64,000 bases of DNA from a virus. Its lineage: Duplodnaviria > Heunggongvirae > Uroviricota > Caudoviricetes. Shown here piece by piece: positions 8,470-16,557 of the stretch (position 1 is the stretch's first letter; each line of letters begins with the position of its first letter). The notes under the pieces are model-generated. The model was not told where the DNA came from. It saw nothing but the letters and a program-made list of their open reading frames with translations, and ran no database searches. The stretch lies in IMG/VR virus record IMGVR_UViG_3300001765_000297. One strand, given 5' to 3'. A program made the position numbers and the translations under genes.

Positions 8470-8814
8470 ATGAGCGAAATTAAATTTGTTAAGTTAACCG
8501 AAGAAGAATTTGAAAGCCGTTTTAATATGGTAATGAATCACTTCTATGCAGACCCTTGTGATTGCCCGTTTGGTGGTGGAATGTTTGAAACCTATGGACA
8601 GGAAGTTGAGTACATCAACAACATCATGAAAGGTACTGATGAAAACCTGAAACGCAGAATTTGGACTATTTTGGATTCCGATGGAGTAATGTGTTTTGTA
8701 AGTGGCTATCACTTTGTAAATCGTTTTGGCTATCTTATTACCGAGGAAGAAGTTGAAGAAGGAACTGAATACACCTTAGAACTCATGGGAACTGAGGATG
8801 AAGAAGAAGAATAA
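8470..8814 (+). CDS. hypothetical protein with acidic C-terminal tail
   Basis: ORF with promoter 8419-8450 and leader. Confidence 0.55.
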   Translation: MSEIKFVKLTEEEFESRFNMVMNHFYADPCDCPFGGGMFETYGQEVEYINNIMKGTDENLKRRIWTILDSDGVMCFVSGYHFVNRFGYLITEEEVEEGTEYTLELMGTEDEEEE

Positions 8815-8832
8815 ACAAATCTACTAAAATTA

Positions 8833-8876
8833 AAACCCTCTTGGTGTAACCCTAGAGGGTTTTTTTACGTATAACC
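8833..8876 (+). repeat. 44-bp terminator/promoter cassette, exact duplicate of 9448..9491
   Basis: AAACCCTCTTGGTGTAACCCTAGAGGGTTTTTTTACGTATAACC identical at both loci; hairpin AAACCCTCT/AGAGGGTTT with GTAACC in loop. Confidence 0.8.
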
Positions 8877-8898
8877 TGCATAACCAATACATAAAGAC

Positions 8899-9114
8899 AT
8901 GGAAAAGAAATACTTTTTATTCGGAAGTGAAATTTGTGATGCAATGGAAGAAGATGGCATTGAAGCTGCGCTTAAAGTTGCTGAGGAAGGTGGTTTTGCA
9001 ACCTACTATTGGGATGAACACAGTACTCCAAGTGAACTACTTGCAGAGTACGATGGTTGGAACTCCTATATGGAAATCACCGAGGCAGACTACATCAGAT
9101 TTCAAAACTTATAA
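8899..9114 (+). CDS. hypothetical protein
   Basis: ORF with promoter/leader. Confidence 0.5.
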   Translation: MEKKYFLFGSEICDAMEEDGIEAALKVAEEGGFATYYWDEHSTPSELLAEYDGWNSYMEITEADYIRFQNL

Positions 9115-9201
9115 TCACCGGTAATTTAATTAAAAACCCTGGAAAACGTAACCTTTTCCGGGGTTTTTGCGTATAACCATCATAACCAATACATACACAA
9201 A

Positions 9202-9435
9202 ATGGGAATACTAAGAATTAGTGCTAAATGTTCTGACTTATGTTGGACTGAGTACACAGATGCTAAAGGTAATAAAACCGAGAGTGATGGCTATGTGCCA
9301 GAAGGAATTGGAATATCTTCTGATGGTGATTGTGGTGACTATGTTAGCCTTGATATCGACATGCAGACTGGTCAAATTCAGAATTGGAAACCTGTTAGCG
9401 ATGCTCGTGTAATCAAAGCACAGAAATCTGCATAA
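9202..9435 (+). CDS. hypothetical protein
   Basis: ORF with promoter (9151-9180) whose -35 sits in hairpin CCCTGGAAAA..TTTTCCGGGG. Confidence 0.5.
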   Translation: MGILRISAKCSDLCWTEYTDAKGNKTESDGYVPEGIGISSDGDCGDYVSLDIDMQTGQIQNWKPVSDARVIKAQKSA

Positions 9436-9447
9436 CTTTTAAAATAT

Positions 9448-9491
9448 AAACCCTCTTGGTGTAACCCTAGAGGGTTTTTTTACGTATAACC
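9448..9491 (+). repeat. 44-bp terminator/promoter cassette, exact duplicate of 8833..8876
   Basis: see 8833. Confidence 0.8.
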
Positions 9492-9513
9492 ACTATAACT
9501 AATACATAAAGAC

Positions 9514-9726
9514 ATGAATTACAAAGTAGTATTTGAAATCGAAGTGGAAGCCGAATCACCACTTGATGCAGCAAAAGAAGTTCAAGAAATGTTGAACGAG
9601 CATAATAACTGGCAGTATTACATTCAATCCTCTGAGGGGTCAGAAGATGTGTTTAGTGTTGACCTACAAGAGGAAGACGAAGATGCGGTACTTAAAGTGG
9701 ATAAATATATTCCAATGATTAAATAA
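9514..9726 (+). CDS. hypothetical acidic protein
   Basis: ORF with promoter/leader. Confidence 0.5.
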   Translation: MNYKVVFEIEVEAESPLDAAKEVQEMLNEHNNWQYYIQSSEGSEDVFSVDLQEEDEDAVLKVDKYIPMIK

Positions 9727-9866
9727 TGGCAGTAAATCTCCACTGTCCTAATTGCGGAGAAAGTCTCGGCAAGGACAAAGAAAATCCAAAGGTAGCTAGT
9801 TGTGGTAATTGTGGTGAAAACGACATCAGAAACCCAAATGGTTATGATGATGAAGAAGATAATTAA
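9726..9866 (+). CDS. small zinc-ribbon protein (46 aa; CPNCG..CGNCG)
   Basis: TAATG overlap with upstream gene; two CxxC pairs. Confidence 0.35.
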   Translation: MAVNLHCPNCGESLGKDKENPKVASCGNCGENDIRNPNGYDDEEDN

Positions 9867-9889
9867 ACCGGAAATTCTCCGGTTTTTTT
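9867..9889 (+). terminator. intrinsic terminator ACCGGA..TCCGGT + T7
   Basis: hairpin + T-tract. Confidence 0.6.
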
Positions 9890-9918
9890 GTAACATATTT
9901 CCAGGCTTTTGCGTATAA
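9889..9918 (+). promoter_or_regulatory. phage promoter TGTAAC-N17-CGTATAA driving ORF-free transcript
   Basis: motif. Confidence 0.55.
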
Positions 9919-9924
9919 ATCATA

Positions 9925-10008
9925 TCACCGGTTGGCAATCAAAAATTGCCGAGAGAGTAGACTCCACCCTACCTTATATTCTGATATGGGTAGTAATACT
10001 ATCCACTT
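9925..10008 (+). ncRNA. candidate small RNA, family copy 2 (hairpin TTGGCAAT..ATTGCC, motif GTAGACTCCACCCTACC 9957-9973)
   Basis: promoter-driven, no ORF. Confidence 0.3.
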
Positions 10009-10037
10009 TGTAACCTTTTTAATGTAGTTACGTATAA
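10009..10037 (+). promoter_or_regulatory. phage promoter TGTAAC-N16-CGTATAA
   Basis: motif. Confidence 0.55.
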
Positions 10038-10042
10038 TACCT

Positions 10043-10183
10043 ATGAAAGAATTTAAAACCATACATTCAGGTGTTAATAAATCAGACGCAAATAAACTCG
10101 TTGGATGGTGGAATGCAAATACACCTAATTATTACTTCAAAAAGAAAGTAGGAAAACTCTATAATATAATAAAACAACTATAA
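10043..10183 (+). CDS. small hypothetical protein (46 aa), leaderless-type
   Basis: ATG 5 nt after -10; stop abuts next ATG. Confidence 0.3.
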   Translation: MKEFKTIHSGVNKSDANKLVGWWNANTPNYYFKKKVGKLYNIIKQL

Positions 10184-10184
10184 T

Positions 10185-10376
10185 ATGGAAACCAAAGCAA
10201 GTATGGTAGTTATGTCACACCTTAGTGATGCACAGGAATGCATAGGAATATGTATGTCTCAGGAAAACGCACATAAGAATATTAACTTCGCAAAGTTCGT
10301 TATATTGGAAACCGATGGCGACCTTAACATGATGATTGATGCTGATTCTCTGTGGGAAAAGTTTAATAAAAGATAG
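10185..10376 (+). CDS. hypothetical protein
   Basis: ORF. Confidence 0.45.
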   Translation: METKASMVVMSHLSDAQECIGICMSQENAHKNINFAKFVILETDGDLNMMIDADSLWEKFNKR

Positions 10377-10435
10377 TAAAAACGTAACCTTTCCTAACTA
10401 CTTATCGTATAACCACTATAACCAATACATATAAT

Positions 10436-11245
10436 ATGAAAGACATTAAATTTTCGACAATTGCAAAGGCTTGTAAAACAGTTGGTGTATCTTACCTTGG
10501 TGGTGTTAGTCTTAGTGCCAAAATGGTAAAGAATGAAAAAGTAGGTGTAATGACTTATAGCATTAATCTCAGTCCTGCCGAGACGAGCGGATATGATGTT
10601 TGCAGTCACAGTACTGCTGAATGTAGGTCGGGTTGTTTGGCTACAAGTGGTCACGCCAAAATGGATATCCAAAGTGGTAAGACTATTATTAGCGATGCAA
10701 GGATTAAAAAGACAAGGTTGTTTTTTGAGAACCAAGAATTTTTCATGGAATGGCTTATTGCTGAATTACTGAAATATCGTAAACAAGCCATTAAGAAAGG
10801 TATGGTTTTTTCTGCAAGGCTTAACACGATTTCAGATATCGATTGGGCAAACGTAAGAACTTTGGGAGGTTCAAATATCTTCGAATTGTTTTCTACAGTA
10901 CAGTTTTATGATTACACCAAAAACCCAAACAAGTTTGTTGGGAAACCTGAAAACTATCACCTGACTTTCAGTTTCACAGGTCGCAATTGGATTGCTTGTA
11001 ACACCTTATTGAAACGTGGAGAGAATATTGCTATGGTATTCAATGTTAACAAGGTTGAAGATTTACCAAAGACCTACAAAGGTTTTAAGGTTATCAATGG
11101 AGACGAAACCGATTACAGACCTAATGACGAGAAAGGTGTTATTGTAGGGTTGAAATGGAAACGTATTGCAGATAAGGTTGCCGAGGCACAAGTAAGACAG
11201 TCAATGTTCGTGGTGCAACCACTTGATGTTAACTGTGGATATTAA
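10436..11245 (+). CDS. hypothetical protein (269 aa, Cys/His cluster CSHSTAECRSGC)
   Basis: ORF with promoter 10382-10415 and leader. Confidence 0.6.
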   Translation: MKDIKFSTIAKACKTVGVSYLGGVSLSAKMVKNEKVGVMTYSINLSPAETSGYDVCSHSTAECRSGCLATSGHAKMDIQSGKTIISDARIKKTRLFFENQEFFMEWLIAELLKYRKQAIKKGMVFSARLNTISDIDWANVRTLGGSNIFELFSTVQFYDYTKNPNKFVGKPENYHLTFSFTGRNWIACNTLLKRGENIAMVFNVNKVEDLPKTYKGFKVINGDETDYRPNDEKGVIVGLKWKRIADKVAEAQVRQSMFVVQPLDVNCGY

Positions 11246-11266
11246 AAACTAATGTACATAAAAAGA

Positions 11267-11305
11267 CCTTGCAAGTGTAACCCTGCAAGGTCTTTCTTCG
11301 TATAA
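11267..11305 (+). promoter_or_regulatory. terminator CCTTGCA..TGCAAGG with -35 TGTAAC (11276-11281) in loop; -10 CGTATAA 11299-11305
   Basis: hairpin + motif spacing 17. Confidence 0.55.
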
Positions 11306-11329
11306 TGTCCATAACCAAACTCATATAAC

Positions 11330-11542
11330 ATGGTAAAATTTTATTACACAGTAGAAAAAGAAGTTGAAGATGAAAATCTCACTGGAAACAAAACAATAAC
11401 TGTTTATAGTATTGTTGATAATGAACCTGTAAAGCTAACAGATATTGAGTCTGTAATTGAAGACAACTCCAAAGAGAAGATTGTTGATTATTTTGATGAA
11501 AATGGTTTTGGCGATGCAGAATATGAATTAATATTACTGTAA
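11330..11542 (+). CDS. hypothetical acidic protein
   Basis: ORF. Confidence 0.5.
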   Translation: MVKFYYTVEKEVEDENLTGNKTITVYSIVDNEPVKLTDIESVIEDNSKEKIVDYFDENGFGDAEYELILL

Positions 11543-11591
11543 CCTTTTGATGTTATTCTTCGTATAATCAGCATAACTTAAAACAGACAAA

Positions 11592-12107
11592 ATGAAAATC
11601 GAATTAAAACGTATCAGTTTCAACGAACGAATGTCCGAAGAAACAAATTGCTTTTCTGCTGACCTCTATATTGATGGTAAGAAAGTTGGTAGTTGTAAGA
11701 ATGATGGTCGTGGCGGTTGTACTAATTATGGTGGGAACTCAACGGCTGACTATGATATTATCAAAGAAGCCGAAGCATATTGCAAGACATTGCCCAAAGT
11801 GAAATCAAGTTTTGACAATTTCGAATTTGAGCAAAGTCTTGAAAGTGTTATTGATGAATTGCTTGAAGAATATCTGAAAGCCAAAGAAAAAAGTAAAGTA
11901 CAAAAACTTATGGAGAAAGCAATTCTTTGGGGTGTTCCTGATAGTGGTAGATATACTATGATAAAATATAATATACCATTATCACACGTGGCTAATGTTC
12001 GACTTAAGAAATTACAGGAAACCGTTGATGCAATTAAAATAAAACATTGTGCAGGAAATGTACAAATCTTGAACACCAACCTTGAGGCTCTTGGAATAGT
12101 ATTATAA
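11592..12107 (+). CDS. hypothetical protein
   Basis: ORF with promoter 11541-11575. Confidence 0.55.
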   Translation: MKIELKRISFNERMSEETNCFSADLYIDGKKVGSCKNDGRGGCTNYGGNSTADYDIIKEAEAYCKTLPKVKSSFDNFEFEQSLESVIDELLEEYLKAKEKSKVQKLMEKAILWGVPDSGRYTMIKYNIPLSHVANVRLKKLQETVDAIKIKHCAGNVQILNTNLEALGIVL

Positions 12108-12125
12108 ACCCAACTATCAATTAAA

Positions 12126-12167
12126 ATCCTCTCAGAATGTAACTATCTGAGGGGATTTTTCGTATAA
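12126..12167 (+). promoter_or_regulatory. terminator ATCCTCTCAGA..TCTGAGGGGAT + T5 with -35 TGTAAC (12138-12143) in loop; -10 CGTATAA 12161-12167
   Basis: hairpin + motif. Confidence 0.55.
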
Positions 12168-12191
12168 CTAATGTACACTAAAACATATGAT

Positions 12192-12380
12192 ATGAAAGCA
12201 AAAAGATTTTTCGAGATTTACATTAAGTTTCTCAGTGGAGAAGGAATTGATTTTAAAGCCGATGGAATAAAGAAAGGTGAAATCTTGGAATTGATTAGCT
12301 TTGCTCAGGCACATCTGAGTACTTCGGCTTCCAATTCATTTGTATATTCTCTTGTTGCAGAAGTATTAGAAAAACCGTAA
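12192..12380 (+). CDS. hypothetical protein (start moved to ATG 24 nt after -10)
   Basis: ORF-track ATG 12171 lies 3 nt after -10; 12192 matches standard leader length. Confidence 0.45.
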   Translation: MKAKRFFEIYIKFLSGEGIDFKADGIKKGEILELISFAQAHLSTSASNSFVYSLVAEVLEKP

Positions 12381-12430
12381 CAATTAATGTCCGGCATTCG
12401 TATAATGTACATAACTAATACATAAATATT

Positions 12431-12634
12431 ATGGAAGACTTAACGTATGACAATGATATCCGAGGCGATTATGCCTTATTCATTGATGCAAAACATTTTC
12501 TTGACGAATGGGAACTAGATGATGAAACCAAAAAACTGGTAGGTTCTAAACTCACATTCTTCCGGGTTATCCAAGATGGTGAACAAGGTAATCACGGTTG
12601 GATTGAGAATGGTGAAATAATTCAATGGGGATAA
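12431..12634 (+). CDS. hypothetical protein
   Basis: ORF with promoter 12378-12410. Confidence 0.5.
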   Translation: MEDLTYDNDIRGDYALFIDAKHFLDEWELDDETKKLVGSKLTFFRVIQDGEQGNHGWIENGEIIQWG

Positions 12635-12656
12635 TACTAACATAATAATTATATCA

Positions 12657-12860
12657 ATGTTAAAACCAGTAAGAAAAAACGTAAGTGCTGAAACATTAAA
12701 GTATAATATCTTTATATGTCAAAAGGAAATTGATGATGCTCGGCAAATTGTTAAGGATGCCTATAAGGAAATCCGTAAAACTATAAAAGAGACTGAAAAA
12801 ATAATTACCAAACAACGCCATTATAAAGAATTGTTAAAGCAATGTAACAATCACCGGTGA
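12657..12860 (+). CDS. hypothetical basic protein
   Basis: ORF, no own promoter seen. Confidence 0.4.
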   Translation: MLKPVRKNVSAETLKYNIFICQKEIDDARQIVKDAYKEIRKTIKETEKIITKQRHYKELLKQCNNHR

Positions 12861-12899
12861 TTTTGCGTATAATAAGTATTAACCACAAATACATATATT

Positions 12900-13592
12900 A
12901 TGAAAACTAGAGAAGAATTAATCGATGCAGTTATTGCTGAACTTAAAGCAGACATCCTTTCAGGTGACGTAACAGTACTGGAAGAAATCCTAGGTTTTGT
13001 TGAGAAAGACAAACTCGTTGAGTCATTACCAGAAGAACGCTGGTCAGAATTCCGGACCTCTTCAGATTACTTCAGCATCAAAGCAACTGGTTTCAATGAA
13101 GTTATTCAGAGGGAAGAAATTCAAATCCATTGTGGAGAGAATGGAAACCTGATGATTTATAAAACCCCGGAAGGATTTGTTGTTGATGCTTATGATGCTA
13201 ATGGCGAGAACATAGACACTATGGCAATCTGGGAAGACGGTATCAATCCACTTGTTGAGGGTGAAGATTGTATAAAGGATGATGAAGGCAACTGTGCTTT
13301 CTGTGGTCAGAAATGTTGGGAAGGCGAAATGTGTGACGAACAACAGGGTGATGGTTTCCAAGAACCCACTTGTTTCAGTCCTGCTGAACTCCGGGAATTT
13401 ATTGAAGAATGGGGGCAAACTCATCATGAAATCTGTGCCGAACTCGAATATTGGGAAAACGGTAATGACACACAAGACCTACTAATGGTCGACTACTTCT
13501 GGCTTGAACCTATGAATGTATGGCTGCCAAAGCTATCATCAATGTACACAGAAAGACAGGAAGCAATTGCGAAATTCCTGAGATTAGGATAA
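12900..13592 (+). CDS. hypothetical acidic protein (230 aa)
   Basis: ORF with promoter 12844-12880. Confidence 0.6.
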   Translation: MKTREELIDAVIAELKADILSGDVTVLEEILGFVEKDKLVESLPEERWSEFRTSSDYFSIKATGFNEVIQREEIQIHCGENGNLMIYKTPEGFVVDAYDANGENIDTMAIWEDGINPLVEGEDCIKDDEGNCAFCGQKCWEGEMCDEQQGDGFQEPTCFSPAELREFIEEWGQTHHEICAELEYWENGNDTQDLLMVDYFWLEPMNVWLPKLSSMYTERQEAIAKFLRLG

Positions 13593-13680
13593 TCAATGTC
13601 CGATATTAAATCCCTCTGTAACATTACAGGGGGATTTTTCGTATAAGCAATGTACATAATAATAACCAATATATAAAGAT

Positions 13681-13962
13681 ATGAAAACATCATTAGTAAT
13701 ACCAATGCCTAACGAGGTTAATACCTTGGATGATGTACGGAAATTCTTTACAGACCTGAAAGCTGCGGACTATATCTTTCATCCCGATGATGATTTCACC
13801 GAGTACAGCAATACCAATATTAATGATGGTAAGCTGCTGAATGTTATAATGCAAAGATGTTGGGTAATATGTGAAGACCAATGTACAGGTACTGATGATA
13901 TTTATACAATTGCTATAAATATTCAGTATCCAGAAAACACACCAATAGGATATTTACTGTAA
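13681..13962 (+). CDS. hypothetical protein
   Basis: ORF with promoter in hairpin 13605-13650. Confidence 0.5.
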   Translation: MKTSLVIPMPNEVNTLDDVRKFFTDLKAADYIFHPDDDFTEYSNTNINDGKLLNVIMQRCWVICEDQCTGTDDIYTIAINIQYPENTPIGYLL

Positions 13963-14009
13963 CATTTACAGGGGAATTTTCGTACAACACTCATAAAAAA
14001 ATAAATATT

Positions 14010-14300
14010 ATGGCAGCTAAAAAATCTCAGAGTCTAAGAGAAAAACTCACAGACTCAATAATGAAAAACAAGTATGGTGATGATGACCCAAAGTACGACC
14101 AGGATAACAGGAATTTCCTGAACACTCTTTCAATCCTTGAATTGGAGCGTATGTGTGAAGAGGAATTCGATGTTGATGGTGAGGACGATGAAGATGAAGA
14201 CGATGAAAGTGATTTTGGTGATGAACTTAATGGTGAATTCTTTGACCCACTTGATGATGAATATAATGCACATGAAAGTAATTTCGATGACGAACTGTAA
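14010..14300 (+). CDS. highly acidic small protein (candidate DNA-mimic/anti-restriction type)
   Basis: 96 aa, long D/E runs (GEDDEDEDDESDFGDE..). Confidence 0.5.
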   Translation: MAAKKSQSLREKLTDSIMKNKYGDDDPKYDQDNRNFLNTLSILELERMCEEEFDVDGEDDEDEDDESDFGDELNGEFFDPLDDEYNAHESNFDDEL

Positions 14301-14358
14301 CCTTTGTTGCAGTTCTTCGTATAATTGTTATAATTAATATTCACTAATACATATCACG

Positions 14359-14649
14359 ATGGAAGATTTTAAAGTAAAGCACACGATAACTGATAGGCAA
14401 GCAATTGTCAAAGCATTATGCTTACCTTCGTCAATACCTGATGGGTTCAAACTTAAGCCGCTTAAACCAATTGGGGTGTCGAAATTCAAAGGCGATAATA
14501 TGCCTTCCAATTGGAGTGTTAATACCAAATTTACAATTGGTTCAGAATATCCACTTTATGACGATGAAAACGGTTTAATATCGGTGGGTAATGATGGAGT
14601 TGGTTACAAGGTTATTGGTACTGCTTGGACTAAAATAAAATGGATTTAA
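14359..14649 (+). CDS. hypothetical protein
   Basis: ORF with promoter 14298-14340. Confidence 0.5.
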   Translation: MEDFKVKHTITDRQAIVKALCLPSSIPDGFKLKPLKPIGVSKFKGDNMPSNWSVNTKFTIGSEYPLYDDENGLISVGNDGVGYKVIGTAWTKIKWI

Positions 14650-14705
14650 TTCCGTAACCCTTTTTATCTATTCATCATATAACCATCATAACTAATACAT
14701 ATAAC

Positions 14706-15461
14706 ATGAAAGACTTTAATTTTAATAGTATTGACTGGTCAGAGTTGAGAAACCAGAAGAGAATGTTACTTGAAACCATTAATAATGATGCTGTTGACCC
14801 TGAGCATAAGGAAGGTCTGGAAGGTATCTTGAACCTTATTGACAGCCTACAAGACCATGCTGTGGATGAATTGGGAATTCCCGAAATGAATGTATATGAT
14901 TTCGAAGCCGAGGATGAACGTGAGAAAGAAACTCCCGAAGAAACCTTTGCCCGTGAGAATGCCCAGATTATTTTCCAAATGCGTATTGAAGGCGAAGGTC
15001 TTTATGTGGATGATGAAATGTCAAAGGAATTCATTGAAGGCATTGTTGATGATGAACAACACCGGTCAGCGATTAAGAATGCTATTAGGTTAAGAATTCT
15101 GGAAGAAGTTCAGGATTTCCCAAATGATTTCCAAAGGGATGCAGATGGTAAGCTAACCTATGATTACACCATGTATGATTATGGTTATGAAATTGAAAGC
15201 TATTGCAGGGAAATATTCTACAATGGAAAAACAAAAGAAGTATGGGTGTGCCGTGAATGTGGAAGTGACAGCGTTGAAAGTCATGCACTGGTTAATCCGA
15301 ATTGCCCAACCGATAATCCTACGGTAATTAACCTTGATGATTGTGAAAGTAATTATTGTTTCGATTGCCAGAAGAAAGTTGTTGTGGAAAAAAGAATAAT
15401 CCCAGTTCTTGCAATAAATGCCGAAATCGGAACAACTGATGGACACATCACAAAGAGATAA
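14706..15461 (+). CDS. hypothetical acidic protein with C-terminal Cys cluster (zinc-binding?)
   Basis: ORF with variant promoter (CATATAAC) 14653-14690. Confidence 0.6.
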   Translation: MKDFNFNSIDWSELRNQKRMLLETINNDAVDPEHKEGLEGILNLIDSLQDHAVDELGIPEMNVYDFEAEDEREKETPEETFARENAQIIFQMRIEGEGLYVDDEMSKEFIEGIVDDEQHRSAIKNAIRLRILEEVQDFPNDFQRDADGKLTYDYTMYDYGYEIESYCREIFYNGKTKEVWVCRECGSDSVESHALVNPNCPTDNPTVINLDDCESNYCFDCQKKVVVEKRIIPVLAINAEIGTTDGHITKR

Positions 15462-15502
15462 TAATATTGGATAGCAATGTCCGATTGGAGGGGAGCACTT
15501 AA

Positions 15503-15543
15503 AAACCCTGTTTCTGAGTATTTATCGGAAACAGGGTTTTTTT
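15503..15543 (+). terminator. intrinsic terminator AAACCCTGTTTC..GAAACAGGGTTT + T7 abutting ATG 15544
   Basis: 12-bp stem + T-tract. Confidence 0.7.
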
Positions 15544-15906
15544 ATGAAACGAATTAGCCAAGACATACTAAACGAATTAGTATATAATATCAAACGAATT
15601 AAATTTAAAAACATCATTCAAGACCTGAAACTAGAATATTGCGAAGACATTGATGGCGACTATATCTACCTGGTTTTGATTAACATAAAGAAATCCCAAA
15701 GACGTAATGGATATGGAGCTGCAGTACTCTCCGAAATTATTAAAGCTGCAGACAATCATGGTGTCAGAATTAGATTGTGGGCAACAAATGTATATGGTTC
15801 AGATTTAAAGCAGCTCTATGGTTTCTACAGGAAACATGGATTTGTTTTCGTGGATAATGATAGTGAGGGGCACATGGTTTACTATCCGGATAAAACTAAA
15901 AATTAA
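15544..15906 (+). CDS. GNAT-family N-acetyltransferase (minimal, 120 aa)
   Basis: motif A RRNGYGAAVLSEIIKAA..G, LYGFYRKHGF. Confidence 0.6.
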   Translation: MKRISQDILNELVYNIKRIKFKNIIQDLKLEYCEDIDGDYIYLVLINIKKSQRRNGYGAAVLSEIIKAADNHGVRIRLWATNVYGSDLKQLYGFYRKHGFVFVDNDSEGHMVYYPDKTKN

Positions 15907-15928
15907 ATTAAAAATACTTTGTTTATTT

Positions 15929-15958
15929 TGTAACATTTACTAGCTTTGCTTCGTATAA
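15929..15958 (+). promoter_or_regulatory. phage promoter TGTAAC-N17-CGTATAA driving ORF-free GC-rich transcript
   Basis: motif. Confidence 0.6.
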
Positions 15959-15965
15959 CATTCAT

Positions 15966-16470
15966 AAAACATCTGGGGCGAAACACAAAGTAGTGAGGTA
16001 GTCACGGAACAAGTCCTAGGTTTGTAACCTAGGCGAACTTGAAACAAACGTTCTTTAAGATATTGAAAGAGGTACGTCACAGGTGACGTTTATAATTGGC
16101 TGGTTCAATGCCCGTGTCCTCTTTCTTCGATGCAAATAGCCAACCGTTAATGGGGTCTCCGAAAGGAGCAGGAGCAAACGCAGTTATATTAGGATAGAGT
16201 AATTCCCTTTTACGAGGTGAGCCAGCTTAACGAACTGGATACAGCGTTGAAACTCTGACGGCAATGGTTGCACAGAGGCGTAAGCCTTGCGCCTACAAGG
16301 ACTGTGTAAGATTAATTTCCCCTGGGTTTCCGGAAACTCACATCGTGCAGAATCGCAAGGATGTCTGGGGGAAATTTTCCAAGCATGCTATAGGTCTCCT
16401 AGAGAGACATAAAATATTTCCTTATTGTCTAGTTTTCATTTTATTTGTATTATGTGTGTTCATAGTGATT
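15966..16470 (+). ncRNA. candidate large structured ncRNA (identity unknown)
   Basis: promoter at 5' end, terminator 16475-16507 at 3' end, locally high GC, perfect hairpins (CCTAGGTT-tgta-AACCTAGG; CGTCAC-ag-GTGACG; CTCC-GAAA-GGAG), no credible ORF. Confidence 0.4.
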
Positions 16471-16474
16471 AGTT

Positions 16475-16536
16475 CCCCCGGATTGTGGTTAGTCCGGGGG
16501 TTTTTTTGTAACCATTTCTCAAGCAGCTTCGTATAA
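16475..16536 (+). promoter_or_regulatory. terminator CCCCCGGA..TCCGGGGG + T7 followed immediately by promoter TGTAAC(16507-16512)-N17-CGTATAA(16530-16536)
   Basis: hairpin + T-tract + motif. Confidence 0.65.
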
Positions 16537-16557
16537 TACTAAACAAATTTAAATCTT

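Noticed and set aside
8927-9124. Alternative-frame ORFs 8927..9124 and 9221..9412 (same strand)
   Set aside because: They overlap promoter/leader-supported genes 8899..9114 and 9202..9435 in other frames and have implausible composition.
16095-16125. tRNA-like T-arm (GGTTCAATGCC) and tmRNA-like start GGGGCGAAAC, with a GCAAACGCA tag-like codon run at 16176
   Set aside because: No complementary T-stem, no acceptor/CCA end, no GGUUCGAAUCC near a 3' end. The tag-like frame ends ..AVILG, not the ALAA-type. Coincidental.
16264-16536. 90-aa plus-strand ORF inside the GC-rich region
   Set aside because: Runs straight through a strong terminator (16475-16507) and the next promoter. Composition looks like a random frame. 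The region is better explained as non-coding RNA.
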